Assembly: GCA_020721045.1 (NCBI GenBank)
Contig: DYNN01000002.1
Span: 15,567 to 79,566, forward strand
From: Thiomargarita sp.
Lineage (GTDB): Bacteria; Pseudomonadota; Gammaproteobacteria; Beggiatoales; Beggiatoaceae
Length of the DNA: 64,000 nt
Direction: 5' to 3'
Under the pieces are notes generated by a model. It ran no database searches. It was not told the origin of the DNA and saw only the letters and a program-made list of their open reading frames with translations. The position numbers and the translations under genes were made by a program. Shown here piece by piece: positions 30,287 through 42,180 of the stretch (positions are counted from its first letter, which is position 1; each line of letters starts with the position of its first letter).

Positions 30287-32263
30287 ATGCAATTTTTTAA
30301 ACGTTATAACTACATTGTTTTAGTTACTTTTTTCACTATTCTGACCATTATGGGCGGCTTGCTGTATATACAGTATCGAACAAATTATAATCATAAAATC
30401 AATCAATTAAAAAATGCTATTGATGAACGTTTGCTCAGTTTAGAATACGCATTACACATCGCAAAGTATCAAGTAGAAGGGATGAAAATTAAGGCAGAAT
30501 CCTATTTAGCAACGCATCCTGCACCTATAGGTGTTGCCCTATATTCGCAGTTACAGCCTATTTCAACACAATCTTATAGTTTGGATAATATAAAACCCCC
30601 TTTTACTGATAAAAATATAGGTAATTTAACCGGAATCGGGACATTGGCTAATCAATCCAATGATTTTTATCGTGAAATAGAAATGGCACTTGACTTAAAT
30701 CCACTTTTTTGCATTGCTACTCATAATATTCCCAATGCGGTATGGCTTTACTATACTTCTGCTAATCATTTTATAACACTCTATCCATGGGTTCATTCCA
30801 AAGATTTCATGTTTGACGATGAGTTTTACAAACACGAATTTTATGAATTAGGCTTACCTGAAAAAAATCCACAACGAGAAACTTTTTGGACACACGCTTA
30901 TATCGATGAAGCTGGTAAAGGATTAATGGTAACATGTGCGGCGCCCGTTTATGAAAATGATCGCTTTCGTGGTACGGTGGCATTGGATATCACACTGGAT
31001 ATTTTAAATCAATTTGTGAAAAACTTTATTTATCCAACCGAAAACTTATTTATTATCAATAATGATGAACAATTACTGGCACATAAAATACTGGTTGACG
31101 CAAAAAACACCGAAATCAACACAGCAGAAAATGCCTTTCCCGAAACGATGCGCACGCGCTGGAAAAGCCTATTTGAACACCCAAAAGATGAAATCATCGC
31201 CCTAGATGATTATTTGTTTATGTATAAAAATTTACCTCATATTCCTTGGAAATTGATTTTTTGGATACCTAAACGTACAATTGCACAAGAAGCCCTTTAT
31301 AGCATCAGTTGGAATATCGGCATTTTCTTTCCTAGTCTATTGATAATATTATTTATTGTAAATTATGTTACCCGCCGCACCTTTGTCAAACCCGCTGAAT
31401 TATTAGTAGAACATATTGAAAAAGAAAACCAAGGGCTAGGTGCACCCATACCGAATGTACCAGAAATGTGGCAAAAGTGGTTTAAAGAAGTTTCTCGCAT
31501 TTTTAATGAAAACCGTCATTTATTCATTGAGTTGAAAAATTATTCGTCCTCACTTATCGCATTGAATCAAGAAAAAAATGAATTTTTAGGCATTGTTGCA
31601 CACGATTTAAAGAACCCATTATCAAGTATCTTGGGATTTGCGGAATTGATACAAGAAGCAGATGACGGATTAACTAAAGCAGAAATCATTGAATATGCAG
31701 GACTTATTCAAATTAGTTCACGCAATATGTTTCAATTAATTACCAATTTACTTGATGTGAGTGCGATTGAATCTGGAAAAATTAACGTTAGCTTACAAAA
31801 TATTAATATTTCTCCTATTTTACATAGTATTATCACTGAATATACTGAACGAGCAAAACGTAAAAATATCACTCTTTATGCTGATGATATTACAATAAGT
31901 CACTACGCATTTGCCGATGTCCATTTGACGCAGCAAATTTTGGATAATTTAATTTCTAATGCGATTAAATATTCACCGCAAGGCAAAAATGTCCATATTC
32001 GACTGATTGAATTTAAAGAACAAATTCGTTGTGAAATTCAAGATGAAGGACAAGGATTAACCCTAGATGAACAGAAAAAATTATTTGGCAAATTTACCCG
32101 ACTCAGCACCAAACCCACAGCCGGTGAACATTCAACTGGCTTAGGCTTATTTATTGTCAAAAAATTGATTACTGCAATGAACGGTCAAATCTGGTGTGAA
32201 AGTGAACTTGGTAAAGGCTCGGTCTTTATTGCCACCTTACCTAAACAAATAGTAAACTTATAA
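30287..32263 (+). CDS. sensor histidine kinase, tandem paralog of the preceding gene
   Basis: Same architecture and the same N-terminus (MQFFKRYNYI) as 28243-30282. It starts 4 nt after that gene's stop. About 18 aa shorter in the linker before the H-box. Confidence 0.8.
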   Translation: MQFFKRYNYIVLVTFFTILTIMGGLLYIQYRTNYNHKINQLKNAIDERLLSLEYALHIAKYQVEGMKIKAESYLATHPAPIGVALYSQLQPISTQSYSLDNIKPPFTDKNIGNLTGIGTLANQSNDFYREIEMALDLNPLFCIATHNIPNAVWLYYTSANHFITLYPWVHSKDFMFDDEFYKHEFYELGLPEKNPQRETFWTHAYIDEAGKGLMVTCAAPVYENDRFRGTVALDITLDILNQFVKNFIYPTENLFIINNDEQLLAHKILVDAKNTEINTAENAFPETMRTRWKSLFEHPKDEIIALDDYLFMYKNLPHIPWKLIFWIPKRTIAQEALYSISWNIGIFFPSLLIILFIVNYVTRRTFVKPAELLVEHIEKENQGLGAPIPNVPEMWQKWFKEVSRIFNENRHLFIELKNYSSSLIALNQEKNEFLGIVAHDLKNPLSSILGFAELIQEADDGLTKAEIIEYAGLIQISSRNMFQLITNLLDVSAIESGKINVSLQNINISPILHSIITEYTERAKRKNITLYADDITISHYAFADVHLTQQILDNLISNAIKYSPQGKNVHIRLIEFKEQIRCEIQDEGQGLTLDEQKKLFGKFTRLSTKPTAGEHSTGLGLFIVKKLITAMNGQIWCESELGKGSVFIATLPKQIVNL

Positions 32264-32269
32264 TTATCG

Positions 32270-33217
32270 ATGTTTAAATTAGGTATTTTTAAAATACTTG
32301 CTGAAATACTCATGTTCATATTAACCGTGGTATTTTTAGCATTAGCAGCAGTTATTATTCAATATTTACAAATACATGAGAATTTAAAACAACTCACTTA
32401 TTTAGCAGATTTAATCAAGGCATTACTATTTTTATATCCTATCTTTTGGCTTGAAAGAGTGATTTTTATTTTTAGGTGCCATTTAAAAAAATTAGCTACT
32501 TGGAAAACTTACTTATTTGCCATCAGCGTCGCCTTATTTCCGCCTTTACGTCTTGCCGCGAAACCTTGCACTGACAGCCAACAAATTTGGTTTATTGATC
32601 ACTGGCAATTACTTGAATTACCGCTACTAGATAATATACAACTACAACAAAACACGGAGAAAAAATTTCTATTTTGGGTGCTAACACTCTCAGTTTTCAT
32701 GATACCCCTTTGGTTAACTGAATTATTCATGCCCATAGAAATGACAATTTATCCTATTTTATATCATATACTTACATTAGGTAATGCGCTAATTTGGGGT
32801 ATTTTCGTCGCCGAATTCGTTATCATGATGTCGTTGGTAAAAAAACGCGGATTATATTTAGCCAAACATTGGTTAGAACTGTTAATCATTATCTTGCCCA
32901 TGTTTGCTTTGGTTCGATTCATTAGATTAGCAAGTTATACTAGAATTTTAACTTTGACACAATTTCAACAAGTAGTGATAAACCAATTAGTTAAATTTCA
33001 AAGACTTCTAAATTTATACCGCACACGTACCGTTTTTAATCGGTTATTTCGGATTTTGATTTTAATTGACGCATTTAGAAAATGGCATCTATATCATCAT
33101 CCACATCAACATTTAACCAATTTATTAGAAGAATTGAAAGAGAAAGAGTTAGAAATCATGCAATTAAAACAAAAAATTGCAGAAGCGCAAGCTAAAATTC
33201 AACAACAAAAACAATAA
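32270..33217 (+). CDS. polytopic membrane protein with C-terminal coiled coil (possible voltage-sensor-like segment)
   Basis: About 6 hydrophobic helices. The segment [29 protein letters not shown] resembles S3-S4 of ion-transport proteins. No pore signature seen. C-terminal [31 protein letters not shown]. It starts 6 nt after the kinase stop. Confidence 0.45.
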   Translation: MFKLGIFKILAEILMFILTVVFLALAAVIIQYLQIHENLKQLTYLADLIKALLFLYPIFWLERVIFIFRCHLKKLATWKTYLFAISVALFPPLRLAAKPCTDSQQIWFIDHWQLLELPLLDNIQLQQNTEKKFLFWVLTLSVFMIPLWLTELFMPIEMTIYPILYHILTLGNALIWGIFVAEFVIMMSLVKKRGLYLAKHWLELLIIILPMFALVRFIRLASYTRILTLTQFQQVVINQLVKFQRLLNLYRTRTVFNRLFRILILIDAFRKWHLYHHPHQHLTNLLEELKEKELEIMQLKQKIAEAQAKIQQQKQ

Positions 33218-33234
33218 CGCACCCAATATTTTCC

Positions 33235-35457
33235 ATGAACACAATTGAAGAAATAGAACAACAGCCATTACATCAATTTACCGAACAAGCCTATCTTAAT
33301 TATGCGATGTACGTGATTTTAGATCGTGCATTACCACACATTGCTGATGGGCTTAAACCCGTTCAACGGCGTATTATCTACGCTATGTCTGAATTAGGTT
33401 TAAAATCAACGCAAAAGTTTAAAAAGTCTGCGCGTACTATCGGTGACGTTTTGGGTAAATTTCATCCCCATGGCGATAGTGCGTGTTATGAGGCAATGGT
33501 ATTGATGGCACAACCTTTTTCCTATCGTTATCCATTGGTTGAAGGACAAGGCAATTGGGGATCAATCGATGATCCCAAATCTTTTGCAGCCATGCGTTAT
33601 ACCGAAGCACGTTTATCTGCATTTGCCGAATTGTGGCTAAGTGAGTTAGCGCAAGGGACTGTTGATTGGACTGATAATTTTGATGGAACGTTAGCAGAAC
33701 CTTGTTTATTGCCAGCGCGTTTACCAACAATTTTATTGAATGGTGCCACCGGCATTGCTGTAGGCATGGCAACCGACATTCCACCGCATAATTTAGTTGA
33801 AGTAACAAAGGCTTGCATTCATTTATTACAATACCCAGAAGCGACGATTCAAGAGTTATGTCAACATTTGCCCGCGCCTGATTATCCCACTGACGCTGAA
33901 ATTATTACGCCTATCAAAGAGTTGTATAAAATTTACGAAACGGGTAATGGTTCTTTACGAATGCGCTCACGTTATACGATGGAAGAAGGCGATATTATCA
34001 TTACAGCCTTGCCACATCAGACTTCCGGCGCGAAAGTGGTCAGTCAAATTGCTCTACAAATGACGGCTAAAAAGTTGCCAATGATTGCCGACATTCGTGA
34101 TGAATCTGATCATGAAAACCCTATTCGTTTAGTGATTGAATTGCGCTCGTCACGCACGAATATTGAAGAATTAATGACACATTTATTTGCAACCACTGAT
34201 TTAGAACGTAGTTATCGCGTGAATTTAAATATGATCGGTATAGATGGTAAACCGCAAGTTAAAAATTTGAAAATTCTGTTGCAAGAATGGTTAACTTTTC
34301 GTTTACAAACTATAAAACGCCGCGCACAGTATCGTTTGGATAAAATTGAAAAACGTTTGCATATTTTATCAGGATTATTAATCGCTTACTTAAATATCAC
34401 TGCTATAATTGCTCTGATTCGTGATGAAGATGGACCCAAAGCGTTATTAATACAAAAATTCAGTTTAACAGAGACACAAGCAGAATCCATTTTAGAACTT
34501 AAGTTGCGTCAATTGGCAAAATTAGAAGAAATTAAAATCCGTGACGAACAACAACAATTAAACTCGGAAAAAATGCAATTAGAAGAATTAGTTAGTTCTG
34601 AGAAAAAATTAAAACAACGATTGATACAAGAAATGCGAACCGATGCGGATTTGTATGGTGATAAACGTCGTTCGCTTTTAATTGCCAGAACTCAAGCTCA
34701 AGCTTTTGATAATACAACGATTACACCTGCTGAAGCCATGACAGCGATTTTATCAACTAAAGGCTGGATACGCGCTGCTAAAGGTCATGAAATTGATCCG
34801 CGCGGTTTAAGCTATAAAGCGGGTGATAGTTTTCAGCAAGCGTGTCAAGGAGATAGCCAACAACAAGTGGTTTTTATTGACAGTACGGGACGTAGCTATT
34901 CAACTTCTGTACATGAGTTGCCTTCTGCGCGTGGTCAAGGAGAGCCGTTAACCGGTTATTTTACCCCACCAAGTGGAGCAATATTTGCCCATATGTTATT
35001 AGGGGAAAGTACTGATAATTATTTATTTGCCTCAGATGCAGGTTATGGTTTTATTGTTAATTTAGGTGATTTATATACAAAAAACAAAGCAGGTAAGGCG
35101 ATTTTAACTTTGCCGCCCAATGCCCAGTTATTACCACCGATTGCGATCAAACAATTAGCCGATGAACAGTATATTGTGATCACCAGCGAAGGTTATTTAG
35201 CTATTATTCGTTTAACAGAGTTACCTTATTTATCAAAAGGTAAGGGCGTTAAATTATTAAATATTCCGGCTAAAAGTCAAGAACGCGTGACTTTACTGAC
35301 TTTATTAGGCAATGGTTCGGAATTAATTTTACAATCGGGTAAACGGCATTTAACTTTGAAAGAACGTGATATTGATTTTTACAAAGTTGAACGTACGCGT
35401 CGTGGTCATAAATTACCCAGAGGATTCCAAGTGGTTGATAATTTGATCGTTAAATAA
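33235..35457 (+). CDS. parC: DNA topoisomerase IV subunit A
   Basis: Breakage-reunion domain with the catalytic Tyr motif [10 protein letters not shown]. 740 aa and no GyrA-box (QRRGGKG) seen, which favours ParC over GyrA. Confidence 0.88.
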   Translation: MNTIEEIEQQPLHQFTEQAYLNYAMYVILDRALPHIADGLKPVQRRIIYAMSELGLKSTQKFKKSARTIGDVLGKFHPHGDSACYEAMVLMAQPFSYRYPLVEGQGNWGSIDDPKSFAAMRYTEARLSAFAELWLSELAQGTVDWTDNFDGTLAEPCLLPARLPTILLNGATGIAVGMATDIPPHNLVEVTKACIHLLQYPEATIQELCQHLPAPDYPTDAEIITPIKELYKIYETGNGSLRMRSRYTMEEGDIIITALPHQTSGAKVVSQIALQMTAKKLPMIADIRDESDHENPIRLVIELRSSRTNIEELMTHLFATTDLERSYRVNLNMIGIDGKPQVKNLKILLQEWLTFRLQTIKRRAQYRLDKIEKRLHILSGLLIAYLNITAIIALIRDEDGPKALLIQKFSLTETQAESILELKLRQLAKLEEIKIRDEQQQLNSEKMQLEELVSSEKKLKQRLIQEMRTDADLYGDKRRSLLIARTQAQAFDNTTITPAEAMTAILSTKGWIRAAKGHEIDPRGLSYKAGDSFQQACQGDSQQQVVFIDSTGRSYSTSVHELPSARGQGEPLTGYFTPPSGAIFAHMLLGESTDNYLFASDAGYGFIVNLGDLYTKNKAGKAILTLPPNAQLLPPIAIKQLADEQYIVITSEGYLAIIRLTELPYLSKGKGVKLLNIPAKSQERVTLLTLLGNGSELILQSGKRHLTLKERDIDFYKVERTRRGHKLPRGFQVVDNLIVK

Positions 35458-35553
35458 CACGTCGTTTCTCGTATAACAATTCAAACGACAAATGCACACA
35501 ATGGGTTATAATGAGCCGCATTTCATTAAAAAAACAGCGATAGGCAGGTTTCT

Positions 35554-36591
35554 ATGGTAGAGCAATGGATAAAGTATTTGCGTCAGATTGGAGCGCAATT
35601 TGAAAATCATACAGTAACCCATTTTGGGCAGCCTGTTGACGAACAGCAACACGTACTTACTGATGATATATTAATGGATTTATCCTATTTGGGTGTCATT
35701 AAAGTCACGGGAAAAGATGCACAGTCATTTTTGCAAAGACAATTAACTAATGATGTAGAACAAGTTACTGAAGTAAAAGCGCAATTAAATGCATGGTGCA
35801 GTCCAAAAGGGCGTACGATTGCTAATTTTCGTTTATTTAAATCGGAAGGGATTTATTATATATTTTTACCTGAAGAAAATATCGTAAGTGTCTTGAAAAG
35901 AATGCAAATGTTTGTATTACGAGATGATGTAAAATTAGAAGATATTAGCTACAGTTTTGCACGCATTGGGCTTGCTGGTGCAAATAGTCAAACTTTGTTA
36001 GCAGATTGTTTAGGACAAACGCCTGATTTAACAGTTAATTCTACGCTAACACACGATGAAATAATCGTATTACGTGTAACTAGCGACATCCCACGTTATG
36101 TAATTATTAGTAAAGCAGCACGTCTACAAAAAATATGGGAATGTCTCAGTCAAAAAGCCCGACCTGTCGGCACGCAAGCGTGGCAATTGTTGAATATTTT
36201 AACAGGATTTCCTCAAATTCTACTGGAAACTAAAGAAGAATTTACCCCACAAATGATTAATTTACAATTGTTAGGTGGTATTAGCTTCACTAAAGGCTGT
36301 TATGTTGGTCAAGAAGTTGTAGCGCGTACTCAACATTTAGGTATATTAAAACGCCGACTTTATTTGGTAAAAGCGGAGACTGATCAATTACCTGAAGCAG
36401 GTGATACGGTTTATTGTGCAGCCGATACGCAAGGTTTGGGTAAAATTGTCAATGCCCAATTTCATCCTGAAGGCGGTATCGTTGCTTTAGCAGTTTTACC
36501 GATTGAACATGCTGAAACTGCACCCATTCATCTCCATAATGCGCAAGGTGCTCGTTTACAAATATTAAATTTACCTTATTCCGTTAATTAA
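35554..36591 (+). CDS. ygfZ: folate-binding tRNA-modification/Fe-S repair protein YgfZ
   Basis: GcvT-like fold. The YgfZ signature KGCYVGQE is present. 345 aa. Confidence 0.8.
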   Translation: MVEQWIKYLRQIGAQFENHTVTHFGQPVDEQQHVLTDDILMDLSYLGVIKVTGKDAQSFLQRQLTNDVEQVTEVKAQLNAWCSPKGRTIANFRLFKSEGIYYIFLPEENIVSVLKRMQMFVLRDDVKLEDISYSFARIGLAGANSQTLLADCLGQTPDLTVNSTLTHDEIIVLRVTSDIPRYVIISKAARLQKIWECLSQKARPVGTQAWQLLNILTGFPQILLETKEEFTPQMINLQLLGGISFTKGCYVGQEVVARTQHLGILKRRLYLVKAETDQLPEAGDTVYCAADTQGLGKIVNAQFHPEGGIVALAVLPIEHAETAPIHLHNAQGARLQILNLPYSVN

Positions 36592-36600
36592 TTGTTAATA

Positions 36601-37731
36601 ATGTCAAATACTCTACAATTAGCTATAGATTTACTTGCTCGTCCATCCGTCACACCACAAGATATGGGATGTCAACCGTTAATTGCTGAGCGTTTACAAG
36701 CAATTGGTTTTAGCATTGAATCATTACGTTTTGAAGAAGTTGATAATTTATGGGCAAAACGTGGTCAGGATAAACCGCTTTTAGTGTTTGCCGGTCATAC
36801 TGATGTGGTACCACCGGGACCATTGGGTGCTTGGAAATTTCCACCTTTTGAACCTACTATCCACGAAGGTATGTTGTATGGCAGAGGTGCTGCGGATATG
36901 AAAAGTAGTATCGCTGCGATGGTAACTGCTTGTGAGCGTTTTATCAAAAAATATCCTAACCATCAAGGTGCTATCGCTTTCTTGCTTACCAGTGATGAAG
37001 AAGGACCTTCGATCAACGGAACGGTTAAAGTGATTGAATATTTGCAAGCACAGCATGAATCAATCACTTGGTGTTTGGTTGGTGAACCGACGGCAACCTA
37101 TCGTTTAGGGGATACGGTGAAAAATGGACGACGGGGTTCTCTCACAGGTTATTTAAAAATCAAAGGGATACAAGGACATGTCGCTTACCCACATCTAGCA
37201 GACAATCCCATACATCATGCTGCGCCCTTATTGGCTAAATTGTGTGCCACGCAATGGGATCAAGGTAATGCATTCTTTCCGCCTACAACTTTTCAAATCG
37301 CCGATATTCATGCGGGTAATGGCGCAACTAACGTTATTCCAGCTGATTTAAGCGTAATTTTTAATTTTCGCTATAGCACCGCAGTGACTCACTTGCAATT
37401 ACAACAACAAGTAGTTGATTTAATTAATGAACAACAATTTGATTATGAATTGACTTGGGAACATAGTGGTTCACCTTTTTTAACCGCAGAAGGTGAATTG
37501 GTGATGGCAACACAGCAAGCTATTCGAGAAATTTGTGGTTGTACGACTGAATTATCCACCAGTGGTGGCACTTCTGACGGACGTTTTATTGCCCCAACGG
37601 GTGCGCAAGTCCTAGAATTTGGTCCTCTAAATGCGACAATTCACAAAATCAACGAACACATCAGCGTTAAAGAATTAGATTTATTATCAGCAACTTATGA
37701 ACGTATTTTAGAATTATTGCTGGTAGCTTAA
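36601..37731 (+). CDS. dapE: succinyl-diaminopimelate desuccinylase
   Basis: M20 peptidase motifs FAGHTDVVP, GRGAADMK, TSDEEG and GGTSDGRF. The ATG at 36601 (MSNTLQL) is preferred over the TTG at 36592. Confidence 0.9.
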   Translation: MSNTLQLAIDLLARPSVTPQDMGCQPLIAERLQAIGFSIESLRFEEVDNLWAKRGQDKPLLVFAGHTDVVPPGPLGAWKFPPFEPTIHEGMLYGRGAADMKSSIAAMVTACERFIKKYPNHQGAIAFLLTSDEEGPSINGTVKVIEYLQAQHESITWCLVGEPTATYRLGDTVKNGRRGSLTGYLKIKGIQGHVAYPHLADNPIHHAAPLLAKLCATQWDQGNAFFPPTTFQIADIHAGNGATNVIPADLSVIFNFRYSTAVTHLQLQQQVVDLINEQQFDYELTWEHSGSPFLTAEGELVMATQQAIREICGCTTELSTSGGTSDGRFIAPTGAQVLEFGPLNATIHKINEHISVKELDLLSATYERILELLLVA

Positions 37732-37814
37732 CCGAACAATCATTTTGATGAACAAGTTGTTAAATTTTACTATACTCATTGCAATGAAATCCACAATAAA
37801 TCCATTCTATTCCT

Positions 37815-39299
37815 ATGAATCTTGAACAGTTTAATCAATTAGTCAACGCTGGATATAATCGCATTCCCGTTTTGCGCGAAGTATTGGCAGACTTAGATAC
37901 ACCACTCAGTGCTTATTTAAAATTAGCCAAAGGTGCTTATTCCTACTTATTTGAATCTGTCCAAGGTGGCGAAAAATGGGGACGTTACTCCATTATCGGT
38001 TTACCTGCAAAAACTGTCGTAAAAATTCACGATTATACGGTTACTATCACACAACATAATGAAAATATTGAACAATTTAAAGTCGCCGATCCACTACATT
38101 GGATCAGTGAATTTCAACAAAATTTTCGCGTGCCAAAATTACCTCATTTACCCCGTTTTACTGGCGGTTTAGTGGGTTATTTTGGCTATGATACGGTGCA
38201 ATATATTGAATCTCGCTTAGGCAAGACAACGCGCACCAATCCAGTTGCCACGCCTGATATTTTATTGATGGTATCCGATGAAGTTGTGGTTTTTGATAAT
38301 TTAAAAGGTAAATTGTACCTTATCGTTCACGCTTCGACTGAGCAAGAAAGTGCATTTTCTCAAGCAGAACAACGTTTAGATCAATTAGTTACTCAACTGC
38401 GTGAAACCTCACTACCACTATTTGATACCACGCCAGCAGAACCGATTTTGGAAACCGATTTTATTTCGGGATTTACTCGCCAAGGCTTTGAAAATGCAGT
38501 TGAACAAGCGAAAAAATATATTGTTGCGGGTGATGTCATGCAAGTTGTGCTATCGCAACGTTTGTCTATTCCTTGTCAAGTACCGCCTTTAAATATTTAT
38601 CGTGCCTTACGGTGTCTAAATCCGTCACCTTACATGTATTATTTGGATTTAGCTGATTTTCATATCGTTGGTTCTTCACCTGAAATTTTAGTTCGTTTGG
38701 AAGATCAACAAATTACTGTACGCCCAATTGCTGGCACTCGTCCACGCGGGAATAATGAAGCCGAAGATTTGGCTTTAGAACAAGAATTGCTTGCCGATCC
38801 CAAAGAAATTGCAGAACACGTGATGTTGATTGATTTAGGTAGAAATGACGTGGGGCGTGTGGCAAAAATTGGAACCGTACAACTCACTGAAAATATGGTG
38901 ATTGAACGTTATTCCCATGTTATGCATATTGTTTCTAATGTAACGGGAGAATTAAAACCGGAATTAGATGCAATTGATGTATTACGCGCCACTTTTCCAG
39001 CTGGCACTTTAAGTGGTGCGCCTAAAATACGAGCAATGGAAATTATTGAACAATATGAACCAATTAAACGTGGTATTTATGGCGGTGCCGTAGGTTACAT
39101 TGGTTGGTACGGTGAAATGGATACTGCTATAGCCATTCGTACAGCAGTGATTAAAGATGATACGCTACACATTCAAGTGGGTGCTGGCATTGTCGCAGAT
39201 TCTATTCCGGAAAAAGAATGGGAAGAAACGATGAACAAGGGACGCGCAATGTTTCGTGCTGTCGCGATGGCAACCGCCGGTTTAACACGGTGTGGATAA
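37815..39299 (+). CDS. trpE: anthranilate synthase component I
   Basis: [27 protein letters not shown] and [24 protein letters not shown]. No trpG/D follows it. Confidence 0.9.
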   Translation: MNLEQFNQLVNAGYNRIPVLREVLADLDTPLSAYLKLAKGAYSYLFESVQGGEKWGRYSIIGLPAKTVVKIHDYTVTITQHNENIEQFKVADPLHWISEFQQNFRVPKLPHLPRFTGGLVGYFGYDTVQYIESRLGKTTRTNPVATPDILLMVSDEVVVFDNLKGKLYLIVHASTEQESAFSQAEQRLDQLVTQLRETSLPLFDTTPAEPILETDFISGFTRQGFENAVEQAKKYIVAGDVMQVVLSQRLSIPCQVPPLNIYRALRCLNPSPYMYYLDLADFHIVGSSPEILVRLEDQQITVRPIAGTRPRGNNEAEDLALEQELLADPKEIAEHVMLIDLGRNDVGRVAKIGTVQLTENMVIERYSHVMHIVSNVTGELKPELDAIDVLRATFPAGTLSGAPKIRAMEIIEQYEPIKRGIYGGAVGYIGWYGEMDTAIAIRTAVIKDDTLHIQVGAGIVADSIPEKEWEETMNKGRAMFRAVAMATAGLTRCG

Positions 39300-39358
39300 A
39301 TTTTAATCTCAGCCTATTGATTTTTTAGCCGGAATGTTTTTACCGAAATGTAACGTAT

Positions 39359-39605
39359 TCAATTAAATAGAAACTACTATTGTTTAGCACATTCTGATTA
39401 CACTCATGCAAATTCAAACGGGCTTATTTTCTAACGAAGAAGAGACATTACAAAATGCAACAGCTATTTTGCAGCAATATTATGAAAAAGATAGTGATGT
39501 TCCTATTCAACTTTATGAACAATTAATTCGTGATTATAAAAAATTGCTCAAACAAACTAAAATTTTAGTTAAAATGAGTGATAAACAACAAAATCGCCTG
39601 AGTGA
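39359..39605 (+). repeat. 247-nt diverged 5' block of the kinase cassette, copy 1
   Basis: Aligns without gaps to 42291-42537 with about 13-14 substitutions (~94-95 % identity). Covers a 47-nt leader plus the first ~66 codons. Confidence 0.8.
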
Positions 39606-40359
39606 AGCTGAAGCTAATAAAATTCGTCTTTTACAAGAACAAGAGATTAAAAACGTTGAATTAATTAAACTTAATCAGGAAAAAAACGAATTTTTGGGCA
39701 TTGTTGCGCATGACTTGAAAAATCCATTATCCGCCATTTTAGGTATGGCAGAAATGTTGCAGGAATCGGCTGAATTGATAACGATCAAAGAAATCATAGA
39801 ATGCTCTAACATCGTTCAACGCAGTGCGCAAATGATGTTCCAATTGATTACTAACTTACTAGATGTAAACTCGATTGAATCTAATGGGATAAATTTACAT
39901 TTAGAGAAAACTGATCTTTTGCCAATTTTAAGTGATGTTGTAAATAATTATAAAGAACGAGCAAAAACAAAGAATATTACCTTGATATTTCAATTGGATA
40001 CTAATAAATATTTCGCCATTATTGATCAAAATATTATTCAACAAGTTTTAGATAATTTGATTTCTAATGCAATTAAGTATTCTCCTTATAATAAACAAGT
40101 TCGTATTCGTATTTTTAATACTAACGCTTGTATTCGTTGTGAAATTGAAGATGAAGGTATGGGCTTAAGTTTGTCAGATCAACAAAAATTATTTGGCAAA
40201 TTCACTCGATTGACGACAAAACCAACTGGTGGAGAACATTCTACCGGCTTAGGCTTATTTATTGTTAAAAAATTAGTAAATATGATGCAAGGCAAGGTGT
40301 GGTGTGAAAGTGAGTTAGGTAAAGGGGCAAATTTTATCATTGAATTACCTTCTGGCTAA
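39406..40359 (+). CDS. cytoplasmic histidine kinase, PAS-less copy of 42338-43693
   Basis: 317 aa. The N-terminal 66 aa are ~90 % identical and the C-terminal 250 aa are 100 % identical to the 451-aa paralog. HisKA/HATPase boxes are intact. Confidence 0.8.
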   Translation: MQIQTGLFSNEEETLQNATAILQQYYEKDSDVPIQLYEQLIRDYKKLLKQTKILVKMSDKQQNRLSEAEANKIRLLQEQEIKNVELIKLNQEKNEFLGIVAHDLKNPLSAILGMAEMLQESAELITIKEIIECSNIVQRSAQMMFQLITNLLDVNSIESNGINLHLEKTDLLPILSDVVNNYKERAKTKNITLIFQLDTNKYFAIIDQNIIQQVLDNLISNAIKYSPYNKQVRIRIFNTNACIRCEIEDEGMGLSLSDQQKLFGKFTRLTTKPTGGEHSTGLGLFIVKKLVNMMQGKVWCESELGKGANFIIELPSG

Positions 40360-40376
40360 ATAAAAACGACGGCGGG
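39607..40376 (+). repeat. 770-nt direct repeat, copy 1 (3' part of the kinase gene plus 17 nt downstream)
   Basis: By base-by-base reading it is identical to 42941-43710. Confidence 0.85.
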
Positions 40377-40434
40377 CTACAATCAGAATGTTTTTATAAT
40401 TAGTTGAAGGTAATTTTCCAAATGAGATTACATC

Positions 40435-42009
40435 TTACGAGTTTAAAGATTTTTCATTAAATTCAACAGTAAATACTGATCCCTTATTCAATTCGCTTTT
40501 GCAACTGACTTTCCCGTTCATCATTTCCATTAATTTTTTAACGGAAAATAGCCCCAATCCAGTTGAATGTTCATCGCCGGTGGGCTTTGGAGTTAACCGA
40601 CTGAATTTAAGGAATAATTTTTTTTGATCTTCAGGACTCAACCCTAATCCTTCGTCTTGAACTTCGCACTTGACGACATTTTGACTGTGTTTTAATCGTA
40701 TGTGAACATTTTTCCCCTGCGGAGAGTATTTGATGGCATTAGAAATAAGATTATCTAATACTTGGTAAACACTACCTTTATCTGCTAAAACAACAAAATG
40801 TTCTTCATCAGGATTAAAATGCAAATGAATGTTTTTGTTTTTAGCTCGCTCCAAATATTCCTTAACCAATTGTTGAGTAATAGGAAATAAGTCAACCTCT
40901 TCTAAAGTAATATTAATTTTTCCAGATTCAATGGCATTAACATCGAGCAAATTAACAATGAGTTGTAACATTTTATGTGAACTGCTTTGAATGACTTTAT
41001 TAAATTCAATGAGTTCTTCTTTAGATAAATTATCAAAAGATTCTAAAATTTCTTCAGAAAACCCCAAAATAGCTGACAACGGGTTTTTCAAATCATGAGC
41101 TACAATTCCTAAGAATTCATTTTTTTCTTGGTTTAGTTTCACCAAAGCGGTATTTTTTGTTTCTAGTATATTGAAAGCTAAACGTAATTGTGCAGCCATC
41201 TCATTGAAAATTAACGTTAATTTACCTAGTTCGTCTTGTTGTACCGGCGATTCCATTTGTTTCCAGTCGCCTTTTGCCAAACCTTGAGCAAAGAGTTGCA
41301 ATCTATTGATAGGGATAATAACGGAACGAACGACGATAAATCCAAAGAGCCAAGTCAGAAAAAATGCTGCGACCACCACGGTTGAATTAATGATAAATGC
41401 TTCTCTTGTTTTCATACCAGCGATGGCGTGGTTTTCAGAAACTTCTTTTGTAGCAATTTGAATGGCTTGCTCAATCGTTGAGAAGACTAGGTTTTCGGCT
41501 TCTTCTAATGTTTCTTTTATTTCTAGGAAATCAGGTTCCTCTTTTTCTAAATCCATTTCAATGAATTTGTAACTACTATTTTTCAATATATTTACAGAGT
41601 CAACCAGTCGTTCTCCAATTAATGATTCTTCTGAATTAGCAACTAATTCTTTATATTTATTTAAAAAATTAGCAATGATTTGTTCTGAAGTATGAAACTC
41701 TTCTGTTTCCTCTTCAATTTGTTCTTTAGATTCACTATAACTTTCAGTTTTATAGGGTTCAGTGGCGGTTTCTTTTAAGTGGTGAGACACTTTTATATTA
41801 ATTAGCCCGATACTCAAGGCTTCCATCTCTATTCTCGAAGCAGTTTGTTTAATCTGGTAAAGAATTTCGAGCTTGGGAATGCTTCCATCAATTACGTTTC
41901 CAAAGCTGTAATTAATTGTTGTGGTAGTGTAAATGCACACCATTCCCACAATCACTATGAGCAAAGTAATGATGGAAAAAGCAGAAGTCAATTTTGTTTT
42001 TAAATTCAT
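40435..42009 (-). CDS. membrane sensor histidine kinase (helical extracytoplasmic domain, HAMP)
   Basis: Two TM helices flank a ~190-aa helical domain. HAMP-like IIPINRLQLFAQGLAKGDW. The same LNQEKNEFLGIVAHDLKNPLS transmitter module as the neighbouring kinases. Confidence 0.8.
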   Translation of the reverse strand: MNLKTKLTSAFSIITLLIVIVGMVCIYTTTTINYSFGNVIDGSIPKLEILYQIKQTASRIEMEALSIGLINIKVSHHLKETATEPYKTESYSESKEQIEEETEEFHTSEQIIANFLNKYKELVANSEESLIGERLVDSVNILKNSSYKFIEMDLEKEEPDFLEIKETLEEAENLVFSTIEQAIQIATKEVSENHAIAGMKTREAFIINSTVVVAAFFLTWLFGFIVVRSVIIPINRLQLFAQGLAKGDWKQMESPVQQDELGKLTLIFNEMAAQLRLAFNILETKNTALVKLNQEKNEFLGIVAHDLKNPLSAILGFSEEILESFDNLSKEELIEFNKVIQSSSHKMLQLIVNLLDVNAIESGKINITLEEVDLFPITQQLVKEYLERAKNKNIHLHFNPDEEHFVVLADKGSVYQVLDNLISNAIKYSPQGKNVHIRLKHSQNVVKCEVQDEGLGLSPEDQKKLFLKFSRLTPKPTGDEHSTGLGLFSVKKLMEMMNGKVSCKSELNKGSVFTVEFNEKSLNS

Positions 42010-42180
42010 TTTGATGTTCCTTTTAAAAAATGGTTTTAAACTTATATATACTTTAAGCAGTTAGCGTTCTTAGCTTTCCGATAATAGTAAGACTAAAACA
42101 ACAAATAATTTAATATAGCATGAAAGATGCAATTTTGAGTGCATTTTCTATTGCTTTACGATAACGGCTTGTTAAAAGCG

